Assembly: GCA_017408635.1 (NCBI GenBank)
Contig: JAFQUH010000006.1
Location: 2,903 to 66,902, forward strand
DNA: 64,000 nucleotides
Origin: Ruminiclostridium sp.
Lineage (GTDB): Bacteria; Bacillota; Clostridia; Oscillospirales; Ruminococcaceae
Direction of reading: 5' to 3'
Position 1 is the first letter of the stretch. Every line of letters begins with the position of its first letter. The notes under the pieces are model-generated. The model did not search any database, was not told the DNA's origin, and was given only the letters and a program-made list of their open reading frames with translations. A program made the translations under genes and the position numbers. Positions 55,037 to 64,000 of the stretch are shown in pieces.

Positions 55037-57802
55037 TCACAGCACGATATTTATTTTACTTCCGCCGCTCTTTTCCTTTGTTACGACTATCTGCTTATCT
55101 ATTCTCGTTTTAAGCTCGTTTACGTGGGAGATTATTCCCACCAGTCTGTTGCCTTCTGCAAGAGAGGAAAGCGCCTTCATAGCGGCGGCGAGTGATTCCT
55201 CGTCCAGCGAGCCGAAGCCCTCGTCAACAAACATTGTATCAAGTCTGATTCCGCCAGCAGAGGACTGTATTTCATCGGAAAGACCTAACGCAAGGGAAAG
55301 TGACGCCTTGAAGGATTCACCGCCCGATAAGGTTCTTACACTTCTTTCAGTACCGTTATAGTGGTCGATTACGTCCAGCTCAAGACCGCTCTGGCTTTGC
55401 TTGTTTCCAGCCTCTTTTCTGCGCTTTAATTCATATTGCCCACCTGACATAATCATAAATCTCGTATTGGCAAGGCTTATGATTCTGTCAAAATAATTCA
55501 TCTGAATATAGGTTTCAAGGGCAATCTTTTCTCTGCCCTGTATAGTGCCGTTAGCGGTATCGGAAAGCGCCTTTACACAGCTATGCTTTTCTTCCGTTAC
55601 CTTTATTTCAGATAGCCTTGCCGAAATATTGCTATAGCTTAGCTTATTGGCATTTATGCGGCTGAATATAGTTTTAGAAGTCTCGTCAAGCTCTGACTTT
55701 TCAGCTTCAAGCTGATTTTTGCTTTCTCTTTCTTTTTCAAGCCCGATAGCGGCACCATCACCGATACGCTTAAGAATTTCTTCCTTCGCAGACTTTAACG
55801 AGGCGAGCTTTTCCTTGTTCTTGTTCACCTCTTCAGACGTCTTGTCATAGGACTTCTGAATATCCTCCGCCGCTTTTTCAAGAGCGGCGACTTCTTTTTC
55901 AGCCGCACTCTTTGTTTCGAAGGTTAGCTTTGCCGTAAGCTCCTCCAGTCTTTCTGAAAGCGATTTATTCTCAAAGGCTTTGGAGCTTACGTCGGCTTTT
56001 AATTTTTCAAGTTTTTCGTTTTCTGATTTCAGAGCTTCTTCAAGTCTTGATAAAAGACCTTCTATTTCTCCCTTTCGGAGTATCTTTTTCTGTGCGTCGG
56101 AAATCCTTCTGTCAAGCTCCTTCAGCTTTCCTTCTATATCGGATAACTTTTCAGCTATAACGGATTTAGCCTCGTCAAAGGAAATATCCTTTGCAAGCGC
56201 TGATATTTCTGTCTTTACAGCGTTCTCTTTTTCGTCGGATATACCCTTCAGCTTGCCCGCTTCTTCTCTTGCATCGTTTGAAGCCTTTTCGGCTTTGCCG
56301 AGATTTTTTTCGAGTAAATCAAGCTCTTCCTTTGTAGGCACGTCAACAGGCTTTGTCGCAAGCTGAGGATGTGAAGTAGAGCCGCATACGGGACAGGGCG
56401 TATTTTCCTGCAGATTTTCCGCTAAAATGCCTGCCTGCGCTTCAAGATAGCTTCTTCTTTTCAGCTTGTATTCAGCATCCAGCTTTTCGGTAAGCTCCTG
56501 CTTTTGTGCATAGACCTTATTAGCGGCAGTAAATTTTTCTCTTGAGCCTTCTGCTTCGTCGATGGAGGAAAGGAGTTTTCTGAATTTTGATTTTTCTTCT
56601 TCCTTTTCCTTCTTTTCGTTTTCAGCAATGATTTTTTCTTCGCCTGCTTTTTCGAGAGTCTTACCTTCCTCCGTAAGAGCGGTCTTCTTTTCGGTAAGCT
56701 CCTGAATTTTCTTTTCAGCAGTCTTTACAGATTCATCGGCGGATTTAATGAAGGCTTCGTTTTCGCTGAGTTTCTTCTGCTTTTCGGAAAGCTCGTCATA
56801 ATCGGGCAGAAGCGCCTTTATCTTTGCCGCTTCATCATTAAGCCTTTTAACCTCGGGAAGTCTTTGCTTTTCCGCCTCCAGCCTTTTTGTTAACTCCTTT
56901 TCTCTTTGAGCTTCGGCAACGGCTTCGGCTTCGTTCTTCTCTAAATCGACCTTGGCTTTAGCAACGTCCTCGGCCTTGCTTATGCGCTCCTTGACAGCAT
57001 CCAGCTCCTTCTGGAGCTTTTCTGCCTCTTTCTTGATTTGCTTTTCCTTTTCTTCGTCTTCAGCAATAAGTCTTGCTAAAAGATCTATGGTTTCTTCGGT
57101 GGTAAGCATTTCTTTTTTAGCGTTGCAGACCTCCTGATAAAGAGGGCTGTCCTCCTCACAGGCGATGCCGTTTATATACTGCTCGATACTGCTCTTTATC
57201 GTATCGTACTCTCTCTTCAGTCTGTTTGCATCCGCCTTCAGTCTTTCCTGAAGCTCGCTGTATCTCTGGGTTTTGAATATCTTCTGGAATATTTTCTTTC
57301 TTTCGTCGGTAGATGCCAGCAGCAGCTTCAGAAAATCGCCCTGGGCAATCATTGCAATCTGACTGAACTGATTTCTGTCCACTCCGACAATTTCAGCTAT
57401 TGCGGTATTGACTTCCTTTTTATTGGTTATTATTTTCTTGTCGGGCATATGCAGTTCGACGCCTGCCTTTTCCGTTGCCATACCCTCTCCACGAGTTTTC
57501 GGGCGTTCGTATTCTGGGTTTCTCTTTACGTAATACTGCTTGTCCTTGCAGGTGAAATAAAGCTCTACAAAGGTAGGAGTATCAGGCTCGGCATATTTTG
57601 AGCGGAACATGGAAACATCTCTTGTAGCGCCGCTGGGCTCGCCGTAAAGGGCATAGGTGATAGCGTCGAATATAGTGGTTTTTCCTGCTCCCGTATCACC
57701 TGTTATAAGATAGAGTCCGCTTTCGCCCAGCTTGTCAAGGTCAACTGTTACCTTGTCTGCATAAGGACCGAAGGCGGATATTATTAATTTGTCAGGTCTC
57801 AT
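55037..57802 (-). CDS. sbcC: SbcC/Rad50-like ATPase (DNA hairpin/DSB exonuclease subunit C)
   Basis: 921 aa. N-terminal Walker A GDTGAGKTT, a long coiled coil with the zinc hook CPVCG, and C-terminal LSGGESF...FVDEGFGSLD. Confidence 0.93.
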   Translation of the reverse strand: MRPDKLIISAFGPYADKVTVDLDKLGESGLYLITGDTGAGKTTIFDAITYALYGEPSGATRDVSMFRSKYAEPDTPTFVELYFTCKDKQYYVKRNPEYERPKTRGEGMATEKAGVELHMPDKKIITNKKEVNTAIAEIVGVDRNQFSQIAMIAQGDFLKLLLASTDERKKIFQKIFKTQRYSELQERLKADANRLKREYDTIKSSIEQYINGIACEEDSPLYQEVCNAKKEMLTTEETIDLLARLIAEDEEKEKQIKKEAEKLQKELDAVKERISKAEDVAKAKVDLEKNEAEAVAEAQREKELTKRLEAEKQRLPEVKRLNDEAAKIKALLPDYDELSEKQKKLSENEAFIKSADESVKTAEKKIQELTEKKTALTEEGKTLEKAGEEKIIAENEKKEKEEEKSKFRKLLSSIDEAEGSREKFTAANKVYAQKQELTEKLDAEYKLKRRSYLEAQAGILAENLQENTPCPVCGSTSHPQLATKPVDVPTKEELDLLEKNLGKAEKASNDAREEAGKLKGISDEKENAVKTEISALAKDISFDEAKSVIAEKLSDIEGKLKELDRRISDAQKKILRKGEIEGLLSRLEEALKSENEKLEKLKADVSSKAFENKSLSERLEELTAKLTFETKSAAEKEVAALEKAAEDIQKSYDKTSEEVNKNKEKLASLKSAKEEILKRIGDGAAIGLEKERESKNQLEAEKSELDETSKTIFSRINANKLSYSNISARLSEIKVTEEKHSCVKALSDTANGTIQGREKIALETYIQMNYFDRIISLANTRFMIMSGGQYELKRRKEAGNKQSQSGLELDVIDHYNGTERSVRTLSGGESFKASLSLALGLSDEIQSSAGGIRLDTMFVDEGFGSLDEESLAAAMKALSSLAEGNRLVGIISHVNELKTRIDKQIVVTKEKSGGSKINIVL

Positions 57803-58938
57803 ATTTCACCCTCCCAGATTTCACTTACCAGGTTTTTAATAATCTCCTTCTGAATATCCGACATAGGCTGATTGTTCTGCTTTTCGAAAAATTCGCAGAA
57901 ATGCTCGTCGGGTGCTTTCTTTTTAACGTTTTCCGCCTTGTCTATGACGTTTTGATTTCTTGTACGGAGATTGTCATAATCCAGCTTCATAAGATTGCGG
58001 TATACTATGCGGAGCTTTCCGATAGCGTCAAGTATATCCTCCTCATCCGTCAGAATGATATGTACGTAATCCTCCTGATAGCTTGTACCCTTGTAAAAAT
58101 CACGGGCTATAAGCTCCTCGTACCTGCCTCTTAATTCTACCATATCACGAAGAGGCTTCAGGGGAACGGTAGTCACGGTAAGATTGCCCTTTTCAGAAAG
58201 CTCTGCTACCGTAACGCTCTTTTGATCCTTTGCCTCCGAGAAGGAATATTTTAAGGGCGTACCCGAATATCTGACTCTTTCGCTTTTGCAGTTCTGAGGC
58301 TTGTGGATATGACCGAGGGCGGTATAATCAAAGGCGTCAAAAACCGAAACGTCTACGTTATCCGTACCGCCTACGGATATTTCTTCTGATTCCGATCTTT
58401 CTGCGCCGGTTACAAACTGATGGGTTATCATAATATTACGCTCTTCGGTATTTATGCAAAGATTATCGATAACCGTTTTCATAGCGTCGGTATAGGATTC
58501 TATCTCTCTATCCTCATAGAGCTTGCGCACGTGGGCGGGCTTTACAAAGGGGAGCATCCATATATTTATCTTCCCGTATTTATCTTCAAGTGTGACCGGC
58601 TTTATATCTCCGTCGTAGACGGGGGACATATAAATTCTGCTCGCCTGCATAAGTCTGCCGCCGAAGGCGATTCTTTCGGGCGAATCGTGATTGCCGCTTA
58701 TGACAAAAACATGAAGATTTCTCTTTGATAACTCCACCAGAAAATCATCAAAAAGCGTCACCGCCTCCGCAGAGGGAACGGATTTATCGTACACGTCACC
58801 TGCGATAATCACCCCGTCAGGCTTCTGCTGGTCTGTTATATCAAGTATCTGCTTTAGTATGTATTCCTGATCTTCCAGCATAGAAAATTCGTTTACTCTT
58901 TTACCTATGTGAAGATCCGATAAATGTATAAATTTCAT
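57799..58938 (-). CDS. sbcD: SbcD/Mre11-like nuclease
   Basis: MKFIHLSDLHIGK...IIAGDVYD...ISGNHDS...GHIH are calcineurin-like phosphoesterase motifs. 4-nt overlap with sbcC. Confidence 0.93.
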   Translation of the reverse strand: MKFIHLSDLHIGKRVNEFSMLEDQEYILKQILDITDQQKPDGVIIAGDVYDKSVPSAEAVTLFDDFLVELSKRNLHVFVISGNHDSPERIAFGGRLMQASRIYMSPVYDGDIKPVTLEDKYGKINIWMLPFVKPAHVRKLYEDREIESYTDAMKTVIDNLCINTEERNIMITHQFVTGAERSESEEISVGGTDNVDVSVFDAFDYTALGHIHKPQNCKSERVRYSGTPLKYSFSEAKDQKSVTVAELSEKGNLTVTTVPLKPLRDMVELRGRYEELIARDFYKGTSYQEDYVHIILTDEEDILDAIGKLRIVYRNLMKLDYDNLRTRNQNVIDKAENVKKKAPDEHFCEFFEKQNNQPMSDIQKEIIKNLVSEIWEGEI

Positions 58939-58975
58939 TTTTACCTCCGTGTGCTTGTTGGTTATATTACTTTAT

Positions 58976-59006
58976 ATTATATCATAACCGCAGGTTATGA
59001 TATAAT
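58976..59006. repeat. perfect 14-bp-arm AT-rich palindrome P1 overlapping the putative sbcD promoter
   Basis: ATATTATATCATAACC-gca-GGTTATGATATAAT. The minus-strand TGaTATAAT extended -10 (58976-58984) lies inside it, 38 nt upstream of the sbcD ATG. Confidence 0.85.
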
Positions 59007-59067
59007 CGTCCGATCCGCAGGGAGCAAATCTCCGATTTGCGAATCTGCGAGGACATTTAAAATAAGT

Positions 59068-59096
59068 ATATAATAAATGCCTTGCATTTATTATAT
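59068..59096. repeat. perfect 13-bp-arm AT-rich palindrome P2
   Basis: ATATAATAAATGC-ctt-GCATTTATTATAT. It shares the TTATTATATCATAA direct repeat with the P1 region. Confidence 0.85.
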
Positions 59097-59227
59097 CATA
59101 ATCCTGAAAAATTTCAATGAACTTCTTCTGACTATTGTAAAAAATCGTTTGCGCGGTATAAGCGTATAAATTGAAAACCACGCTATATTTAAACCGTATC
59201 TTTTTAAGAGTTTCTGCGACAAGGGGA

Positions 59228-59263
59228 TATGAAAAGAAACGGTCAGCCTAAAGGCTGACCGTT
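59228..59263 (-). terminator. intrinsic terminator of the minus-strand ABC-2 operon
   Basis: AACGGTCAGCC-tttA-GGCTGACCGTT (11-bp stem) followed by tcttttc on the minus strand. Confidence 0.8.
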
Positions 59264-59268
59264 AAACT

Positions 59269-60963
59269 TTAATATTTTATTTCAAGTATCTCCTCACCGT
59301 CAAAGCAGTAGAGGTTTTCTTCGTCGGCGTGGACTGCCCACACGGGATAAAAATACTCCACGCCATTCCGATTTACAACCGTCCCTTTTTCACCTTCGTA
59401 AATTATTAAGTCCTCATCAAAGTAAAAAAATCTGCCGACGAATCCGCATTTATATTCTGTTGTTTTGTTATCTGATACTATAATCAGGCTGTCGCCATCC
59501 TCTTTATAGCAAACGCCGTTCTCATTTGCAAGATAGGCGGAAACCACATTATCGGTCATTTTCTTATGATTTTTACACAGTCTGCCTTTGTCGTTCAAAT
59601 AGTAAATATCTCCTTTGACTATCAATGGATTTGAATAGGAAGAGCAGGCGTATTGCTCGTATTTTCTGCCATTTCTTGTATCGTAGCATATTATTTTTTC
59701 GGGGTGAAAGAAATATACTATATTGTCTGAAAAAATAAAATCACGGCTTAACATAAAATTTTCATCCCATAAAAGAGATGAGGGTATTTCTACAAGAGTA
59801 TCAAGTCCGAGAAAGCCATTCTGATTTACCGAATTTCCTATAGTCAGTATTACCGTTTCGCAAAGACTTTCAATGTCTACGGTCTTTATCTGATATGTTG
59901 AAAAGGTGTTTTTGCAGTTTTCCCAGACTATAGCCTTATTATCTGCCAAATGAACTAAATTTTTGTTTGAAAAGGGCGTTGGATTAACAGAGATAATTTC
60001 GCCTGTGTTTTTGTTATAAACTGAATTTGTGCCGTCTATTGCAAAGTATTCATTCCTATTTGCAGTAGTAACGTTATTACTGCATCCTGAAATACAAAGT
60101 AGAGAAAAAATAAGAGAAAAAACTGCAATTTTCTTTAATCTGAGCTGTATACCCGAAAACAGTATAACGGAAATAACGGATAAGATAAGAGCAATAAGAC
60201 TCTGGAACAATATACAGCTTATTATTTCACTATCGGTAAGAGCCTTAAAAAGATATCTGCTGTTATCGGCAGAATCCATTATATCACCTCTTAACATAGA
60301 TGCACCCTGCATAAGCGAAACAGCAAAGGGCATACGAAGACGTTCGGAAATATCGTCAAAAAAATATACGGGTAATGTAAGCATAATAAACGCTACACCG
60401 CCAAAACTTACGACATTTTTTATTATTATACTGAGAAAGGTGCATTGTACAGTAAAAATTGTATATCCGAAAATATGAATGACAGATGCTGTAAAAACGG
60501 CTTGCTGACTACTGATATCACGAACGGACGATGAAAAATCCATACCGCATCCTGATAGAGCAATTATATTATTTCCGGCTTTTAGATTATAGCATATTAC
60601 CGATATTCCATCGGCAGCTATCGAGCAGAATGAAATGAATAAAATGAGTATGAGCAGTTTATTAATAGCAAGTCTTACTCTGCCGTTTTGCGAGGTGAGA
60701 TTATATATCTGCATTTCGCTGGTGTATTCATAAATCCACGTTATTATCACGGCATAGACGATAACTGCAATAAGCAACCAATTGACGTTATCACGGTTTA
60801 AGAATACGGCATAGCCACAAGAAAATTCTTCGCTATGGACTGCTGTATTTATACTTGGTATTTGGAAACTTACTGAAAGCAAGGTGTGTAAAATAAGAAA
60901 AGCGCCTGTTATGTATATAAGTCTATGTTTAAAAAATAATTTGTATAATTCAGCCTTTAACAT
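59269..60963 (-). CDS. fusion protein: ABC-2-like membrane domain + internal lipoprotein-type signal/lipobox + extracytoplasmic beta-rich domain
   Basis: 564 aa. The N-terminal ~280 aa are polytopic. Residues ~285-305, LKKIAVFSLIFSLLCISGCSNN, look like a lipoprotein signal peptide with no start codon nearby. The C-terminal ~260 aa are beta-propeller-like. Confidence 0.7.
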   Translation of the reverse strand: MLKAELYKLFFKHRLIYITGAFLILHTLLSVSFQIPSINTAVHSEEFSCGYAVFLNRDNVNWLLIAVIVYAVIITWIYEYTSEMQIYNLTSQNGRVRLAINKLLILILFISFCSIAADGISVICYNLKAGNNIIALSGCGMDFSSSVRDISSQQAVFTASVIHIFGYTIFTVQCTFLSIIIKNVVSFGGVAFIMLTLPVYFFDDISERLRMPFAVSLMQGASMLRGDIMDSADNSRYLFKALTDSEIISCILFQSLIALILSVISVILFSGIQLRLKKIAVFSLIFSLLCISGCSNNVTTANRNEYFAIDGTNSVYNKNTGEIISVNPTPFSNKNLVHLADNKAIVWENCKNTFSTYQIKTVDIESLCETVILTIGNSVNQNGFLGLDTLVEIPSSLLWDENFMLSRDFIFSDNIVYFFHPEKIICYDTRNGRKYEQYACSSYSNPLIVKGDIYYLNDKGRLCKNHKKMTDNVVSAYLANENGVCYKEDGDSLIIVSDNKTTEYKCGFVGRFFYFDEDLIIYEGEKGTVVNRNGVEYFYPVWAVHADEENLYCFDGEEILEIKY

Positions 60964-62137
60964 TTCTCCCTCCTTTTACAAGAATACAGATAAGCATTAT
61001 AAACCACATAACAATAACTGATGATATAACGGCAATATACAGATATATCGGTTTGCCGAATGGAGCTATATAGGAATAGTCGGTGGTTATTTCGGACATA
61101 AGTACAAGACTCAATGGATTTATAATATTTATATTTATGCTCTCTGATGTCATAAACGCCTTTAAGTACATAAGAAATGCTACATATAACGCAGATGTGA
61201 ATAAAGATGGTAATGTTTTTTTAAAAATCAGCGAAATAAAAGCTATTGCAAGGCAGATGAAAATAACTACTATAATCCTTGAAGCGAATAAAAGCAATAG
61301 ATAAAGTCCTATACTGATGTCAAAAGGTGAGAAGGCGAATTCCTTCAGAATATAAAGCGGTTGACTGAAGCCGTCCAATTTCAGAAGAACGGTAAACAAA
61401 ATAAAATCAGTTAGTATAAAAATAACGGATATAAATAGCGTAAAGCCGACGCTTGCCATAAGCTTTGTCATAGCAGAGAATCTGCCGCCGTTCACCGATG
61501 ATTTAAGGTACAGTGAGGTGTTACTTTCGTAGTCGGTAGTAAAAATTGTTGCCGTGCCAATTAAAACAAGTATAATAGTAAGTAGGGAAGATAGCTTGTA
61601 ATCAAGCAATTCAGTTACATTGCTACAGTTTGTTATGGTGTTAAGGCTGCGGTTTTTAAAGTCTTCTGAAATGGTAATGTTTATTGTTTTGTAAATATTG
61701 TAGTCGCTTAATTTATCAGAAAGAGAGTGTGCTTCTTCTGATATAATAATGCATTCTTCCTTGTAGCTTATCAGCCGTTCCACCTCATTAAACAGCTCTA
61801 TTTTAAACATAGCTTCACCATAAGCGTAGCCACCGTAATATTTATCCGGGGAATATTCCATATCATAATTACCGCTTTGGACAAGGCTTAATGCATCCAG
61901 ATAGTTTTCTTTGATGTCACTATATTTTTCTTCGCTGATTTCTCCTTTATATGCTGTATATAGTTCGTATCTGCCGATTTCGGAAAGTCCATCTTCTGTA
62001 AAAGGGTTATAGAGATTGTAATTCTTTGTGATATTAAATATATTGAAGGCAAAGCAAAACACGGCAATTATTATAACGGCTTTCTTACGAAAAAGCTTTT
62101 TAAATTCATATCCTGATAACGTAATAAATGTATTCAT
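60950..62137 (-). CDS. ABC-2 type permease-like membrane protein
   Basis: I prefer the ATG at 62137 (MNTFITLSGYEFKK, AAAGGA SD). The track start 62206 would overlap the ATPase gene by 65 nt. The topology is an N-terminal TM segment, a large loop, then 5 TM segments. Confidence 0.75.
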   Translation of the reverse strand: MNTFITLSGYEFKKLFRKKAVIIIAVFCFAFNIFNITKNYNLYNPFTEDGLSEIGRYELYTAYKGEISEEKYSDIKENYLDALSLVQSGNYDMEYSPDKYYGGYAYGEAMFKIELFNEVERLISYKEECIIISEEAHSLSDKLSDYNIYKTINITISEDFKNRSLNTITNCSNVTELLDYKLSSLLTIILVLIGTATIFTTDYESNTSLYLKSSVNGGRFSAMTKLMASVGFTLFISVIFILTDFILFTVLLKLDGFSQPLYILKEFAFSPFDISIGLYLLLLFASRIIVVIFICLAIAFISLIFKKTLPSLFTSALYVAFLMYLKAFMTSESININIINPLSLVLMSEITTDYSYIAPFGKPIYLYIAVISSVIVMWFIMLICILVKGGRNVKG

Positions 62138-62141
62138 AGCT

Positions 62142-63002
62142 TTATCCTTTGTCGGAAAATCTGTACAAAAACACATCGTCAAGCCCTGCGGCAACCTGTA
62201 TGGCATCAGGAGAAGGCGGATTGTCGCAGATGCATTTTATTTCATACCTTCCGTTGTTAATCACCGAAGTGATATTGAGCGCTTTTTTATACTCTGAAAG
62301 TTCTCTGTTGTTTTCGGCTATTAACTGCCACACCTTTCCCTTAAGTCCTTCGCATATTTCCATAGCAGTCCCTATGTCAACAAGCTCACCGCTGTCAATC
62401 AATATTATTTTATCTGCGATAAGCTCCACATCCGACGCTATATGTGTTGCGAAAATTATTATTCTGTCATTTGATATCTGTGATATTATATTTCTGAATC
62501 TTACTCTTTCTTTCGGATCAAGTCCTGCGGTTGGCTCATCGAGGATAAGTACCTCGGGATTGTTTATGAGAGCTGACGCTATGGCAAGACGTTGCTTCAT
62601 ACCACCTGAAAAACCGCCTACTATCCTATCCTTTTCACTTATCAGATTCACGAAGGAAAGAAGCTCGCAGATTCTTTTATTATCCTTTACGTTGTTCAGC
62701 GCCGCCATGTATTTCATAATCTCCATAGCTGTAAAATTAGCATAAAAAGAAGGGTGCTGAGGCATAAATCCAATATGGTCATAATAGGAGTTCTTAAATC
62801 TTCTGATGTCGTTTCCGTTCAGAAAAATACTGCCGCTGTCCGACTTAAGAACTCCTGCAATTATATTTATGAGAGTTGACTTGCCTGCACCGTTAGGTCC
62901 TAAAAGTCCGTAAATGCCGTTTTCAAATCTTGCAGAAAAATTCTGTATCGCTATCTTTTTACCATAGGCTTTTGTGATACCATTAAGCTCCAGAGTAGCC
63001 AT
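62142..63002 (-). CDS. ABC transporter ATP-binding protein (ABC-2/NatA-CcmA-like)
   Basis: [35 protein letters not shown]. Confidence 0.9.
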   Translation of the reverse strand: MATLELNGITKAYGKKIAIQNFSARFENGIYGLLGPNGAGKSTLINIIAGVLKSDSGSIFLNGNDIRRFKNSYYDHIGFMPQHPSFYANFTAMEIMKYMAALNNVKDNKRICELLSFVNLISEKDRIVGGFSGGMKQRLAIASALINNPEVLILDEPTAGLDPKERVRFRNIISQISNDRIIIFATHIASDVELIADKIILIDSGELVDIGTAMEICEGLKGKVWQLIAENNRELSEYKKALNITSVINNGRYEIKCICDNPPSPDAIQVAAGLDDVFLYRFSDKG

Positions 63003-63017
63003 ATTTACGCCCCTTTT

Positions 63018-64000
63018 TTATTTCAGATGTATCTTGTTTATTTTGCCTTCCGCTACTATATAAGCACAGCTCTCGTTTTCCGAAAACTTTACATCAAAGT
63101 CGGTTGAGTTGTATTCCTCTTCGGCTATTTTTTCTCTGGTTTTAAAATCGTATATTTTAAATGTTATCTTATCTGAATCTGCGTATTTTGAAACAACAGC
63201 GATATATCTTCCGTTTTCCGATAAATAGGCATAGTGATTATCATCAGGCTCTTCGCATATAAAATCGATATGCTTTTTTGTGCCGTATTCACATATCGTT
63301 ATTTTACCGTCGGAAGCCTCATCGGGATCAGGCTTCCAGCTTTTTGTGACAACAAAATAATTCTCTTGATTTGTGTAGTTGGATGAGAGGTTTTCATATT
63401 CATCAAGTATCATAACATTTTCCATATCACCGTTTACACCAATAATTGCAATGCCGTTTGCAATCTTTAGTGTGGGAGTAGTCTGCATTAGCAGACTACT
63501 TTGCAGATTTATCGTTTCGCCGTCAAATCCCATAATTCTCGGAATACCTACTACAGAACCGGTTGTGTCGCTCATATATATTTCTTTTACAAGCCTTTTG
63601 CTATCAAAATTAATGCTATCCATATACAGATACGTTGTGCCGCTTTCGTTATTACAGTAAGAATACACAATCTGTGTTCCGTCGTCAGAAAGGCAGTAGC
63701 ATCCATTATCGTAGGATGGCGGAATAATTTCTTTTACAAAGTTTCCCCGAAAATCATAAAGCTTTATATATTTTCCGTTTAGTCCGTAAATTACGACGTG
63801 GCTGTCTATGACGTCTACTTTGTCGCCGGCGGCAAACGAAAATTCGTTTAAAAGTTCAAGACTATCAGCGTTAAAAACGCAAATAGAATCATTGCTTTTC
63901 GCAATGACTTTGTTATCTCTTACCGCAACAACACCTGAGATATAAGGCGCTTCGGTTTCAGGTACTTCGGTTAGGCTATCGTCCGTCGAAATGTTGTTCT
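63018..64000 (-). CDS. PD40/WD40-like beta-propeller protein, 5' end outside the window
   Basis: My translation of the minus frame is open from 64000 down to the stop at 63018 (...VAVRDNKVIAKSNDSICVFNADS...LSDDGTQIVYSYCNNE...). The track start 63668 is only an internal GTG. There are PD40-like LSDDGTQIVYS / LSENGRYIAVVS motifs. Confidence 0.75.
   Translation of the reverse strand, partial: NNISTDDSLTEVPETEAPYISGVVAVRDNKVIAKSNDSICVFNADSLELLNEFSFAAGDKVDVIDSHVVIYGLNGKYIKLYDFRGNFVKEIIPPSYDNGCYCLSDDGTQIVYSYCNNESGTTYLYMDSINFDSKRLVKEIYMSDTTGSVVGIPRIMGFDGETINLQSSLLMQTTPTLKIANGIAIIGVNGDMENVMILDEYENLSSNYTNQENYFVVTKSWKPDPDEASDGKITICEYGTKKHIDFICEEPDDNHYAYLSENGRYIAVVSKYADSDKITFKIYDFKTREKIAEEEYNSTDFDVKFSENESCAYIVAEGKINKIHLK

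Noticed and set aside
55980-56366. Ser/Phe-rich plus-strand ORFs inside sbcC (55980..56366, 56952..57137, 55011..55361)
   Set aside because: They are antisense to the Glu/Lys-rich coiled coil of SbcC, a compositional artefact.
1-64000. CRISPR arrays, tRNA/rRNA genes, and transposase, integrase or phage genes
   Set aside because: Reading the intergenic regions turned up no regularly spaced direct repeats with unique spacers, no cloverleaf-like or rRNA-like segments, and no ORF with transposase or integrase motifs. This eye scan cannot exclude short or degenerate elements.

Overview
The window looks like a Firmicutes/Clostridia chromosome segment. I infer this only from gene order, GGAGG-type SD sites, TTG/GTG starts and a sigma-D type promoter. 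No rRNA, tRNA, CRISPR array or transposase gene was seen by eye.

Layout:
- 1-13.7 kb: S10-spc-alpha ribosomal superoperon, rplB (5' truncated by the window edge) through rplQ. It includes secY, adk, map, a KOW protein, infA and rpmJ.
- 13.7-25.2 kb: TauE + ACT/MBL operon, a large cytoplasmic PBP-GGDEF-GGDEF*-EAL protein, citrate synthase, two lipoproteins and a FucI/AraA-like isomerase.
- 25.3-33.7 kb: late flagellar operon flgM-flgN-flgK-flgL-yviE-like-fliW-csrA-fliD-fliS-fliT-like, with no flagellin gene.
- 34-38.5 kb: an orphan prepilin-like gene, a lipoprotein and an ABC-F ATPase.
- 39.0-53.3 kb: a tightly packed one-strand 11-gene locus. It holds two LolD/MacB-clade ATPases, a 1040-aa anchored solute-binding protein, two MalF/MalG-type permease pairs, an NHL/TPR surface protein, a Yip1 protein and a DUF5696-like exoprotein. 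This is my best protein-level candidate for an uncharacterised system.
- 53.7-54.6 kb: a 3x97-aa repeat protein.
- 55-58.9 kb: sbcDC.
- 59.3-64 kb: a visibly AT-richer ABC-2 operon with beta-propeller proteins (last gene truncated by the window edge).

The strongest non-genic signal is a three-copy structured repeat of 240-335 bp (34.7, 53.4 and 54.7 kb). It sits on intrinsic-terminator hairpins, and at two loci the entire host hairpin is duplicated. Between copies it shows helix-preserving substitutions and a helix-bounded deletion.

Other signals:
- arrays of short 7-bp-stem/3-nt-loop hairpins
- a diverged repeat pair bracketing the flagellar block
- two AT-rich perfect palindromes upstream of sbcD
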